DNA of 64,000 nucleotides from Amoebophrya sp. A120 (taxonomy: Eukaryota > Protista > Dinoflagellata). The stretch's first letter is position 1. Each line of letters begins with the position of its first letter. The stretch spans positions 3,405,144 through 3,469,143 of the forward strand of contig CAJINV010000012.1 of NCBI GenBank assembly GCA_905178155.1, read 5' to 3'. The translations under genes were made by a program, and so were the position numbers. Of the stretch, positions 1-10,847 are shown one piece after another. Under the pieces are notes generated by a model that saw only the letters and a program-made list of their open reading frames with translations, did not search any database and was not told where the DNA came from.

Positions 1-469
1 ACACGTAAAAGAGGATCTTTAAATCGTGGCTCTTTCATCAACACCATGAAGATAGAGCTCAAGAGAACTGTCCTGGATCAACATCCCAGCAAAGTGAAAC
101 GCGATGGATCAACATTCCAGCAGAGTGAAACGCGATCTAAAACAATTTGTTGGTTCAAACGCATCTTGATTCGGAGAGGAAAAACCATTTCACGAATGAT
201 CTGGATCAAATCTAAATGTTCTAAAGATCTCGACACTGCGATGATCGCGATAGACAAGCCAATCAATGCCACTCGCTGAGCTAAAAACACGACCTTGTTC
301 CAAAATCCATATGCCACTACTATCACCTCCCCGTCCTTCTTTCACAACTACAGGGAAACTAGAGTGGTAGAATACTTTTTGGTATTCTGCTTCTATTGTC
401 TGTACCTGGGTACATACAAATCATTGAACCTGAATCAGTACTTCAAACCCTCCACAAACCACACACAAA

Positions 470-2690
470 ATGGCCACTGCGCGCCCGACTGTGTCCGTCT
501 ACCTGGCGGAGAAGCCCGGTGAGACCGCGAAGAAGGCCATCTGCCTGCCGCAGGTGTTCTCCGCCCCGTTGCGCCCGGACATCGTCCGCGTCGTCCACAC
601 CAACATGAACAAGAACAAGCGTCAGGCTTGCGCCGTCAAGAACGAAGCTGGTTACGACACCGCCGCCATCTCCTGGGGAACTGGTCGCGCCATGGCCCGT
701 ATCCCGCGTGTCCCGGGTGGCGGTACCCACCGATCCGGACAGGGTAAGAAGAAGATGTTTTGCTTGCTTTGCATAGCTACAGAGATGTGGTTGTTGTGTT
801 TCTAAATTCCGCGTGACAGGCTTTTGATTATAAGCAACGGTTTTTGCATGACACCGAATTTCAATTTCTATTGCGAATGTCGCACCAACATCTATGTCGT
901 TCTGTCTTGCTGATCTCGCTTTATCTAAATCTAAATCCTATAACACTATCAGGTGCTTTCGGTAACATGTGCCGTGGTGGTGGTATGTTCAACCCGACCA
1001 AGACTTGGCGCAAGTGGCACCGCAAGACCAACGTGACCCAGAAGCGTCACGCTCTGGCCACCGCTATCGCTGCCACCGCCGTCCCGGCCCTGGTCATGGC
1101 CCGCGGTCACCGCATCGAGGAGGTATAGAGATTTTCCTTAGCACGTCACATTACTCATGCGTTTCTAAATCTAAACCTGCTTCTAGACGGAAGCTCGATG
1201 TCCAGTCCTCGCGCTCTACTTGATATCTGTCATGTGTAAATGGCCATCCATTTTTTCACTATCCTCAGGTCCCGGAAATGCCGTTGGTTGTCTCCGATGA
1301 GGCTAACAAGATTGAGAAGACCAAGTCCGCCGTCGCTTTGCTGAAGGAACTCGGCTGCACTGCCGACCTCGACAAGGTCGTGGATTCAAAGAAGATCCGT
1401 GCCGGACGCGGAAAGGCCCGCAACCGTCGCTACGTCATGCGCAAGGGACCGCTGGTCGTCCACAACATGTCCAAGGAGGCCATGACCACTGGTATTTCTG
1501 CTTTTGATTGTGCTGTCTTCACGCGTGGTTCTTCGCGTATGAGTGATTTTTGCTGGAATTTTCTGGTGCTTCTGAGAGTTGTCACGGGAGCCTGGTGCTG
1601 TCGAGAGATTTATCGGAAATGATCCCACTGTGTCCTTATGATGACACAAACTTTGGGATCAACCATCTGATTCTGAAGCATGGTGTCCTCTCGCGAGGAT
1701 GCCGCGTTTTAGCAATCTGTGATTGATTCTAAACTTTTGACAAGCATATGTCTGATTCTGTAATAATAAACCGTCTGTCATACCGTTCTCTTCGCTATGA
1801 TGACACTTTACGGATCAACCATCGGACCTTGCGTCAGCTTTGGGTGAATCTTTAAATCATGACAAGCATATGTCTGAACTTCTCTTCTTGCCATCCAGCA
1901 TGACAAAGACGTCGTTGTATGTCGTAAACCGCAAGACAAATTTAGAACTTCAACCCCATAATCCTCGTTTCTATCCACACAAAAACCACAGGTTCTTCCC
2001 TCGTCAAATCCTTCCGCAACATCCCGGGTGTTGAGGTCTGCCACGTCGATCGCCTGAACCTTCTCCAGATGGCCCCGGGTGGCGCCTTCGGCCGCTTCGT
2101 CATCTACACTGAGTCCGCGGTGAAGCGCCTCGGTGAGCTGTTCGGCACCTACAAGGGTGGTTCCACCTTGAAGAAGGGCTACACGTTGCCCCGCGCCATG
2201 ATGACCAACGCCGATATCGCCCGTATCATCAACAGCAACGAGATCCAGTCGGTGTTGACCCCGCGCAAGGAACAGGCCAAGTACTTCCGCCAGCGCAAGA
2301 ACCCGCTGAAGAACAAGTCCGTGTTGGGCCGGTTGTGTCCGTGGGCCGCCACCGCCAAGCGCGTCGCCAAGTTGGCGCACGTCAAGGGATCCAAGGTATT
2401 AAAATTGAGAGCGGATTTTTCATTAGAGCTTGAATGAAGATGATGGTGTTTTAGGAGTTTGTGTGAAATTTAGGTTCTCGTTGTTATCCTGCGGGATCGA
2501 TGATTGTGCAATAGAAGAGTGATCTGTCATGCAAAAAACCTATCAGGTCCAGAAGTCCATCGCCGCCAAGAAGGAGAAGGCTTCCGCCAAGAAGGCTTCC
2601 CTGAAGGCGTCTTCCCGCGCCTACTACAAGGAATTGTTGGCTGCTTACAAGCCGGCCGTGGTCGAGACCGAGGCTGCCGAAGAGGCTTAA
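470..2690 (+). CDS. RPL4: 60S ribosomal protein L4 (uL4), 5 exons: 470-743, 953-1122, 1269-1491, 1992-2395, 2547-2690
   Basis: Translation gives conserved uL4 motifs ([65 protein letters not shown]). Four GT-AG introns join the exons in frame. Confidence 0.97.
1633..1760 (+). ncRNA. Intronic box C/D snoRNA copy 1 (U27/snR74-like, 18S Am28, plus a second guide to the 18S 5' end)
   Basis: Box C ATGATGA 1638-1644; guide GGATCAACCA before D' CTGA 1667-1670; guide GACAAGCATATG before box D CTGA 1752-1755. Both guides are complementary to the conserved 18S rRNA 5' end (UGGUUGAUCC, CAUAUGCUUGUC). Confidence 0.85.
1792..1882 (+). ncRNA. Intronic box C/D snoRNA copy 2 (paralog of 1633-1760)
   Basis: Box C ATGATGA 1797-1803; same GGATCAACCA guide with degenerate D' CGGA; same GACAAGCATATG guide and box D CTGA 1874-1877. 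The intervening sequence has diverged. Confidence 0.85.
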
Positions 2691-3448
2691 GTGGAGTACT
2701 CAGATGGAACGGAAACTGGAAATTAGCTGATAGTTTGTTCTATCGGTTGATAGTACGGGAAGAAGAGTCTGATGAGATTTCTACTGTATGTATCGGAGAA
2801 AGTAGCGAAATGATTTCCAAACTTGACATGGATTTGTCAGTTTTGCGAAAGAATAGCTGCTGCGGACAATTCAAAGCTGTGGTTCTTTGACGATCACCGA
2901 TGACGAACATTGACTATATGGAGGACACATTTGATTCATGATTTGTATTCAGGTTACGTACTGAAGGTACTAGAAGACAATAAAAAAAAGGGAGTGCTGC
3001 AGCTGTAGTAGAGTGCTGGTTGCACCATACCAGTTGGTTGTGCAACTCAAATACGTGTTCTTGCTAATAGAGGTGGAGTGAGGTGGATAGAGTGTTATTT
3101 TGTTTCTGATGAAATTTATTACCTCGGTTTTGGTTCCTGACGAAGCACGTCTGCTGAGCACGTGATGGAAAACTAAGGAGAGAAGATTTGGACCCTAGAC
3201 GGGTCGTTTAAGTCATTATATCAAAACCACTGAAGAGTCATGGAGCAGCAGCTGGAGAGATGAAAATTCCATTTTTTTCCTCGAAACAAAGCCACCAGGG
3301 AGCCCTGTTTTTGTAGCTTTAGGACGGCAATATCAGCCCAGTTCGCTGTAGGTTTGTGGTTACTCAGTGTCAACTACTTTTTCTTCAGCGCGGCTTTGAC
3401 AGATTACAGAGTCTTTGAACTTTGTCGTCAAGACGAACTACCTTCAGA

Positions 3449-4675
3449 ATGTCAACTTCCTCTACCGACGAAGCAGCTTCCGGCGGACCACGCTGTGCCG
3501 GCGGCAGCTGCCCCTACTCTGCCAGCAATCTGAAGTCCTCCTGGCTCGCCTCCATGTTTTGTCCTCACATCAAGGCACAGAGCCAACAGGTCGCCGGATC
3601 TTCCTCTTCCTCTTCTAACCCCTCCCTCCCCTCCCCGCGCAATCTCGTCCAGGCCCAAGAAATAATCCAGCCGAACAAGCACGAACAAGACATCACGAAT
3701 CTAAACCCGAAAACGATGGCGGAGTCGCGCGGGTCCAGGTTGAACAAGGCGCTTCTGTCCGGTTCCTGCCCAATGATGCGGGGGTCGGGGGAGAAGGCGG
3801 CTTCGCATGGCGACGCTGCGGTGGCGGAGGATAAAACTTTTGAGCAGATGAAATCTTTGGAGGAACAGCAGTTGAAGCAGATCCAATCCGCCGGGATCAA
3901 CCCGAGGAACATGATGCCGATCATGGCGAACCAATCTCTTCCTTCCGATAAGGTTGCGTTTGACAAATCGAGGGAGGTTTCCTCTATCCCGAAAACGGGC
4001 GAATCCACTGGCACCACCTGGGTCTACCCCTCCCCGCAACAATTCTACAACGCGTTGAGGAGGCGCGGAAAGGTGGATGAACAGGATGAGTTGGAAAAGG
4101 GCAACACGATGGACAGCATCGTTTTTGCGCACAACGTGACAAATGAACAAACGTGGACAGAAATTCTCGATTGGGAGCACAAGCTGCACTATGACAGGTG
4201 TAAAGATCCGACGTTGTTGAGCTTCGTCGGAAAAAGCGAGGAGCTGTCACTCGGAGGGTATTAAGGGTGTTTTTTTTGTTTTTGTCAGTTGACACGAAAA
4301 GCAGTACAGATTGGTTTTGTGCTAGTTGACAATTATTCTCCTGCGCGAGAATTTCCACCGTATTGTCCCTTCAAAAAAAAACGCAGGCACTTTTCCAACT
4401 ATTTCCGAGCCCGCGGCGCGCCTTTCGATCGACATGATTGGCTGGTAGATCGTTGCGGACTTGAGCAGGTGCGGTACATCATTGACTACTACGACGATCC
4501 GCATGCAAACGACCAACACGGACTGGACATCTCCTTGGTAACCCGGCCCGCTCCGGATTCCGTCCAGAACGTTTGGGACATTTTGCGAAAGCCATACTAC
4601 GATTACTTGGAAAGGAGTAAGGCTAGCAGTAGTGGTGGTGTTGGTGAGGCGGGTATGGAGCCAAGTCAGAAGTAG
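3449..4675 (+). CDS. HCCS: Holocytochrome c synthase / cytochrome c heme lyase, exons 3449-4257 and 4387-4675
   Basis: N-terminal CP motifs (SCPY, FCPH, SCPM); signatures WVYPSPQQFYNAL, HNVTNEQTW and PFDRHDWLVDRCG...VRYIIDYY; GT-AG intron 4258-4386. Confidence 0.93.
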
Positions 4676-5424
4676 GAATCAAAAGCCGGTGGAGATGAAG
4701 TGAACGATTTTTCCAGCAATAGTGTGACACTTGGTTCTTTGAGGCGTGATAAAATCGAGATCCAACGATAGGGAGCTTCTTGATGGGCTGCAATAATATG
4801 GGAGTTGTGTCTAGTGCAACTCTGTTGTACTTGCGAAAAGTCGATTCTTTTTTCTGAAAATGAAGTGAACAGTTTTTCAACAGACTGAGGGGGGAGATGC
4901 ACAAAAACACCAGTATTCTTCTTTGGTGTTGATCCGAAATGAACAAGGTGCGAGTAGTACCAGACAATCTCAGACTTGTGCAGTAAAGTCTAAGATTAAT
5001 TTTCCAAATTCCAACATAAAAACCATACGAACAAAAGAAAAGAACGCCTCGCTCAGCGAGCGCAGCTAGTGCGGCACCATGCAGTTTTTGGTTTCTGCAC
5101 TTGATGTGGTGTCGGTGTGTCTTTTTAAATTACGAGGCAGGCCTCGCTTAAGGTGCTTTGCAGAAGAGAATATGACGCTGTGAGACCCAGAAATCAATGG
5201 ATTCCGCTCGGGAGACGTCGTTTAAGGTTTCCCGGAAAACCTTCGGCTTAGGTCGTGCTAAAGTGTGTCGCAATGCAACCGAAAAGGCGGCGCGCGCATG
5301 GGCTCCGCTGCTGTTTGTGTACACAACCGCGCCGCGTCTGTGTTGGCGTCTCGTGTGCTTAAATCGCCACAGTCTGCTGCGGATTGCGAGCAACCTGGCG
5401 GCCCCGGCAAACCGGCGCACATTT

Positions 5425-6215
5425 TCCACGGAGGATTCCGGAGGGGATTCCGGAAGCCCCTCCGGAATCCTCTGGCCCAAGTTGAGCCGTCTTTCGCGCC
5501 CTTTTCCCGACGGCACGCCCTCGATTTCGGAAGAGGATTCCACAGAGGATACCGGAGAGGATTCCAAAATCCTCTCCGGAATCCTCTGGCCCAAGTTGAG
5601 CCGTGTTTCGCGCCCTTTCCCCGACGGCACTGCCTCGATTTCGGGGGAGGATTCCACAGAGGATTCCGGAGAGGATTCCAAAATCCTCTCCGGAATCCCC
5701 TGGCCCAAGTTGGCCCGTCTTTGGCGCCCTTTCCCCGACGGCACTCCCTCGATTTCGGGGGAGGATTCCACCGAGGATTCCGGAGAGTGATTCCAAAATC
5801 CTCTCCGGAANNNNNNNNNNNNNNNNNNNNNNNNNNNNNNNNNNNNNNNNNNNNNNNNNNNNNNNNNNNNNNNNNNNNNNNNNNNNNNNNNNNNNNNNNN
5901 NNNNNNNNNNNNNNNNNNNNNNNNNNNNNNNNNNNNNNNNNNNNNNNNNNNNNNNNNNNNNNNNNNNNNNNNNNNNNNNNNNNNNNNNNNNNNNNNNNNN
6001 NNNNNNNNNNNNNNNNNNNNNNNNNNNNNNNNNNNNNNNNNNNNNNNNNNNNNNNNNNNNNNNNNNNNNNNNNNNNNNNNNNNNNNNNNNNNNNNNNNNN
6101 NNNNNNNNNNNNNNNNNNNNNNNNNCTGACCGGATTGGCGCCGTCCTTCGCGGTCTTTCCCCGGCGGCACAGCGTCGATTTCGGGAGGGGATTCCGGAGA
6201 GGATTCCTCCGGAGC
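5425..6215. repeat. Tandem repeat of ~114-bp units spanning an assembly gap (N 5811-6125)
   Basis: TCCGGAATCC(T/C)CTGGCCCAAGTTG recurs at 5461, 5575 and 5689 (114-bp period), and similar sequence resumes after the gap. Confidence 0.9.
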
Positions 6216-6264
6216 CCGTTCTCCCGTGGTACGCACTACCCCAGCCGGGAGGATTTCCCCGGGG

Positions 6265-7105
6265 AAAGGGCGGACCCCCCGAAGCGAGGGCGGACCCCCC
6301 GGGGGCGAGGGTGGATCCCCCGGGCGAAGGCGGATCCCCGGGAAGCGGGCGGATCCTCGGGGCGCGGGCGGATCCCCGGGAAGCGGGCGGACCCCCGGGG
6401 AACGGGCGGATCCCCGAGTAACGGGCGGATCCCCTTGGCGAAGGCGGATCCCCCGGGCGAAGGCGGATCCCCGGGAAGCGGGCGGATCCTCGGGGCGCGG
6501 GCGGATCCCCGGGGAACGGGCGGATCCCCGGGGAGCCGGGCGGATCCCCGAGTAACGGGCGGATCCCCTGGGCGAAGGCGGATCCTCGGGGAGCGGGCGG
6601 ATCCCCTGGGGGAAGGCGGATCCCCGGGGAGCGGGCGGATCCCCGGGGAATGGGCGGAGGGATTCCCTGCGCGAAGGCGACTCCCCGGGGAGCGGGCGGA
6701 TCCCCTGCGCGAACCCGGATCCCCGGGGAATGGGCGGGCTCCTGGGCGAAGGCGGATCCCCGAGTAGCGGGCCGGCGGATCCCCTGGGCGAAGGCGGATC
6801 CCCGGGGAACGGGCGGGTCCCCGGGGAGCGGGTGGATCCCCTGGGCGAAGGCGGATCCCCTGGGGGAAGGCGGATCCCCGGGGAGCGGGCGGATCCCCTG
6901 GGGGAAGGCGGATCCCCGGGGAGCGGGCGGATCCCCTGGGGGAAGGCGGATCCCCGGGAAGCGGGCGGATCCCCTGGGCGAAGGCGGACCCCCGGGGAGC
7001 GGGCGGATCCCCTGGGCGAAGGCGGATCCCCGGGGAGCGGGCGGATCCCCTGGGCGAAGGCGGATCCCCGGGCAACGGGCGGGTCCCCGGGGAGCGGGCG
7101 GATCG
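6265..7105. repeat. GC-rich minisatellite of ~19-21-bp units built on GGCGGATCCCC
   Basis: Dozens of imperfect copies of GGGCGGATCCCCGGGGAGC / GGCGAAGGCGGATCCCC. The long ORFs in all frames here are repeat artefacts. Confidence 0.92.
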
Positions 7106-7557
7106 ATCCCCCAAAAAAACACACAAATCGAAATCACGACGGTATGCTTATTTTTTTCCCGTCATTCGAAACACAAAAAAACCACGCTGCCGTCGTGTTT
7201 CGCTGGTTTGGGTCTCACAGCGTCAGGGTCTCTTGCAGAATATCAGGCTCAGTCGATTGAGATTTTTTTGACATCCTCCCGCAACTTCTGTTAAGCGCAT
7301 CGCTCATTTTTTTCAAATTTCAATCGTACAGAACTGTAGTTCATTAAGTTCTCCAGAAGCCGCTGCAGGCGGCAGCGGAGGCCGTTCCTTCGGTACTAGG
7401 TATTTCGCTGAACTTCCAAGAAAGACCGGCATCGGAGGTCTTGCACTTGGCTCTTGTGCTTGCTTGCATGCTTTGAAACTCTGTGAAGAGTAAATGACGC
7501 TTCCAGAACCTCCAAACCAACCTGTTGCTTTTTTGTTCTTTGAACGTATCAACGAAA

Positions 7558-8853
7558 ATGGACCGTATCACGACCTCTGCGACTCGGAAAAACATGCCTT
7601 CGCGAGGGAGGAAAGCGACAGCTTTTGGCGTTGGAAAAGCTTGCGCATTAATCGCTTTTCTCAGCTTTCAACATGATTTGACAGCACAACAAGTGCAAGC
7701 TCTTCGCCTACTGAGAAGTTCTTATTCGTCCGGTTGGCGACAAAGGAATCTAGAGCCGAGCTTTATCCGGGAACGAAGTTTGATTGCAAACCTCCGAGCC
7801 GTTTCATCTCCACCAGGGGCACAAAGCCAGGAGCAAAAAGAGGACGAGAAGAGGAATCGGGATCATGCAACATCGAATAGGGAAAGCAAAGAGGAACAGG
7901 AAGCAACACCCACTGCGTCTTCTACATCGGCAGCTGTTGACAACCAGCACAGCCAATCTTTCTATCATCACCAAAAGTACAGCAAAAACTTTTTCACAAC
8001 CAGTTTCAACCTCGACAACCAGAAGAACCTGCAAAATCTCCAACAACTCACATCAGGCGCGAAGAACAAAGAAAACACCGAAAAAACCACGTCTCCTGAT
8101 TTGAATGCCTGTTTACTCGCACTTTTGGACAAGACCTACGAGGATCTTTCCGGGTATGACATCCCGGTGGAAGAACATCAAGCCTTGCGGAAGGTCGGCG
8201 GAGAACCCACGTACGGGGAAATCGTCCCCAGCAGCTTGACCCAGGTCCTCCTCCGCATGAACGCTACGGAAGCGGACGTTTTCTACGATTTGGGATCGGG
8301 GATCGGGAAGACGGTGTTGCAGGCCGCACTGACGACAAGGGTGAAGCAGGCGATCGGGATCGAATTTGAAAACACGAGGAATTTGAACGCTTTAACCGCG
8401 AAGCAAAAGCTTTTAGCTGAGCTGGAAAAAACGATGGAAGCGACGGGTCGGAATTTGAGGCAGGATTTCAGCCCAGCTTGTGGTGGAGTGGCTGATGATG
8501 AGTTGAAGGATTTTTTGGAGGAGATTGTAGCCGGCGCTCATTCCTCTAACAAGGAGAAGAGTTTGGACAGCCGAATCCAGCTGATCCAGAACGATTTTGC
8601 ACATATCGATTTGACCAATGCGACATTGATCTATTCCTGCAGCACCTGTTTCTCGGAAAATCTTCTCGCGCAGATTTGCACGAACATTGGGGATTTGGGG
8701 ACCGGGAAGAGTAATTTACGGGTTTTTGCGAGTTTGAAATCTCTCGATACCGTGCCGGCGTGCATGGCGAAGTTGGAAGAGGAGGCGGTAATGGCGTTGC
8801 CAATGACGTGGACGCAAGAGGCAAATGTGTATTTTTATCGGCTGAAGAAATGA
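7558..8853 (+). CDS. DOT1-like class I SAM-dependent methyltransferase, intronless, with hydrophobic N-terminal segment
   Basis: PTYGEI, DVFYDLGSGIGKTVLQAA, AIGIEF and ATLIYSCSTCF match the DOT1-type fold motifs. Start codon uncertain (7558 or 7594). Confidence 0.78.
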   Translation: MDRITTSATRKNMPSRGRKATAFGVGKACALIAFLSFQHDLTAQQVQALRLLRSSYSSGWRQRNLEPSFIRERSLIANLRAVSSPPGAQSQEQKEDEKRNRDHATSNRESKEEQEATPTASSTSAAVDNQHSQSFYHHQKYSKNFFTTSFNLDNQKNLQNLQQLTSGAKNKENTEKTTSPDLNACLLALLDKTYEDLSGYDIPVEEHQALRKVGGEPTYGEIVPSSLTQVLLRMNATEADVFYDLGSGIGKTVLQAALTTRVKQAIGIEFENTRNLNALTAKQKLLAELEKTMEATGRNLRQDFSPACGGVADDELKDFLEEIVAGAHSSNKEKSLDSRIQLIQNDFAHIDLTNATLIYSCSTCFSENLLAQICTNIGDLGTGKSNLRVFASLKSLDTVPACMAKLEEEAVMALPMTWTQEANVYFYRLKK

Positions 8854-10847
8854 TGTCAGTTTGCAATCATGTAAGTACTACAGACATCATGTGCTGTATG
8901 TTGATGTTCTTTTTTTCCGAGAAGCATGAAGTGAGAGCGCAACTGCAATGGGTGCGTTATTTGCAACACAATTCGCGCCGTCAGGACTATTTTTCACAAC
9001 TGGGGTTGGGGTGTTGCAGTTGCTCGCTGCTGCTCACAGCTTCAGAGCAGAGGAGTTACTGTCTGGCCACCTTCTGTCTGGCCGTTTCTTGTTGTTTCTC
9101 GCGGGGAAAAACGGACCGGTGCGAGAGTCTCGGGGTTTGGAAAATATTCAGTCTTCTGAGTCTGACACTGCCATGACTGACCACGATCAAGATTCCGTGA
9201 TCTAGACTCTCCTTTCAAGAACGAGGACCCAGTATGATCTACTGCACAACTTGTGCGGCTGCACCGACAAGAAAACGGATCTCATGCTGCTCAACATCGG
9301 GATTGGATCCATATTTACTTAGTTATGCCGAGAAGTTGTATTCGACAACGGCAACGCAAGACGATTGCTCTGCAACTCTACGATCAAGATGAACGTGGGA
9401 CACGAGCTGCCTTCAATCATGGATCCGTCTCTGTCGTCGTTCCGCAAGAAGATCTTCATTCCGCCTAGTTTGCACAAGAAGTGCAAGAGCACAGTCCGTG
9501 CTTTTCTATTCTTGGAAGTCGTGATCCAAAAACTATATCTCCCTACCAAGCTTCTGGTGTAATTGATCTTTAAAGCTTGCGCGTGCCTCTAACCTATGCC
9601 ATCCTACTTTTATACCATCCTACTTTTATACTTACTAAGACAAGGCCGCTGTGCTTTCAAGTTTATCTAGTTTTGCCTTTTAGAAGTCGATATCGCCTGG
9701 GATAGGTGCTCCTATCCTTGCAGATAAAAAAGAGAATAACTGAAGCATGAGTTGTGACTTCAAAGCAGGCACCATAAGTTGTGTACCAACAGAAAACTAC
9801 AAAAAATTTTGCCTATCCTTTGTCCTTTTTTGAATGGCGTAAAAATAAGTACCAAATAGAGACGAACCACTTGTACAATAGAATCGCATATTAGAATCAA
9901 CCCTATCTAAGAGGACATCAAGAAGGCAGCAGACGCCTTTCACAAAGAAGAGAAAAGCCCCCAGTTTCGCAACGCATTTCTCCAGGTGCTAGTGCACAGG
10001 GAAGGAACTACAGCATGATTTTTCTGGTCTTCGCGTAGAATCCGGCGATTACGTTTTTGTACTGAGCTTGAAAGCAAGGACGAGCGGAGCAGACCTGAAG
10101 AAGCGACATTGCCGGCGAGGACCTAGCCTTGTGCAAGAAAAAACGGAGATTTCTTGCAGTACGGATCACGGAGTAGCCTGCATGGGAGGTAGGACTCAAG
10201 TGGCACGGCGTTGACGAGAAGACGATTGAAACGACAAAGCACACGGACTCTGGTCGCGGCTCGTTTTTGGGTTTTGCCTTTGCGCAAAGTTTTTTGCAGG
10301 AGGTAGAACGAGTCGAGGACTGAGAGCCAGCCGTTGTCAACTACTACATCCGGAAATCTTTACTAGTCGGTAGCGGAAACTACACTTGCATTTCCCTTAT
10401 TCACCGGCAGTAACTTTATTTGGAAGCGCGTCAACACTGATCGCCCGGGGGAAACGAGCGATCCACTTCCGCGATGCACATCAACGCAGCAACAGGAATA
10501 AGAACGCAAAGCAATTATCTTCAATAATCTTCATCTTTTGCTGCAATTGCAAGAGTAGAGGACCCGCATGACGAAACACACGACGCATACGAGTAATTCT
10601 ACACGACCGGAAAGAAAACCCGAAGCCGCGGCGGCTTCGCAATTTTGAGACGACGCTGTTACTACTGTAAGATAAAGATCGGCTGGGCTAATATCGGAGG
10701 TCTCTGCACCTAGACCAGCTTGTGCTGCAGAAGGGCCGCACGTGACGAGCCGCATGTCGAATTGACGCCAACATAGGTTCCTCATAGGCTGTGAAAAACA
10801 GTAGAACCGATTTTATTAATATTCAGCGGGAAGAACGCAGACCAAAA

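Noticed and set aside
75-136. 31-bp tandem duplication upstream of RPL4 (also a 16-bp one near 9599-9630)
   Set aside because: Two-copy slippage duplications with no further structure.
1538-1580. Possible third snoRNA in RPL4 intron 3 (GCTGGAATT complementary to 18S AAUUCCAGC)
   Set aside because: Only a 9-nt match with non-consensus C and D boxes; insufficient without data.
1808-2380. Antisense ORF over RPL4 (and similar antisense ORFs over other genes)
   Set aside because: Shadow ORFs caused by biased codon usage on the coding strand.
6265-7105. CRISPR-like regular repeats
   Set aside because: No unique spacers, no cas genes, eukaryotic context; it is a minisatellite.
5148-7294. Long Pro/Gly/Arg ORFs on both strands resembling collagen-like proteins
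   Set aside because: They arise from GC-rich tandem repeats lacking stops in most frames, and they span an N gap.
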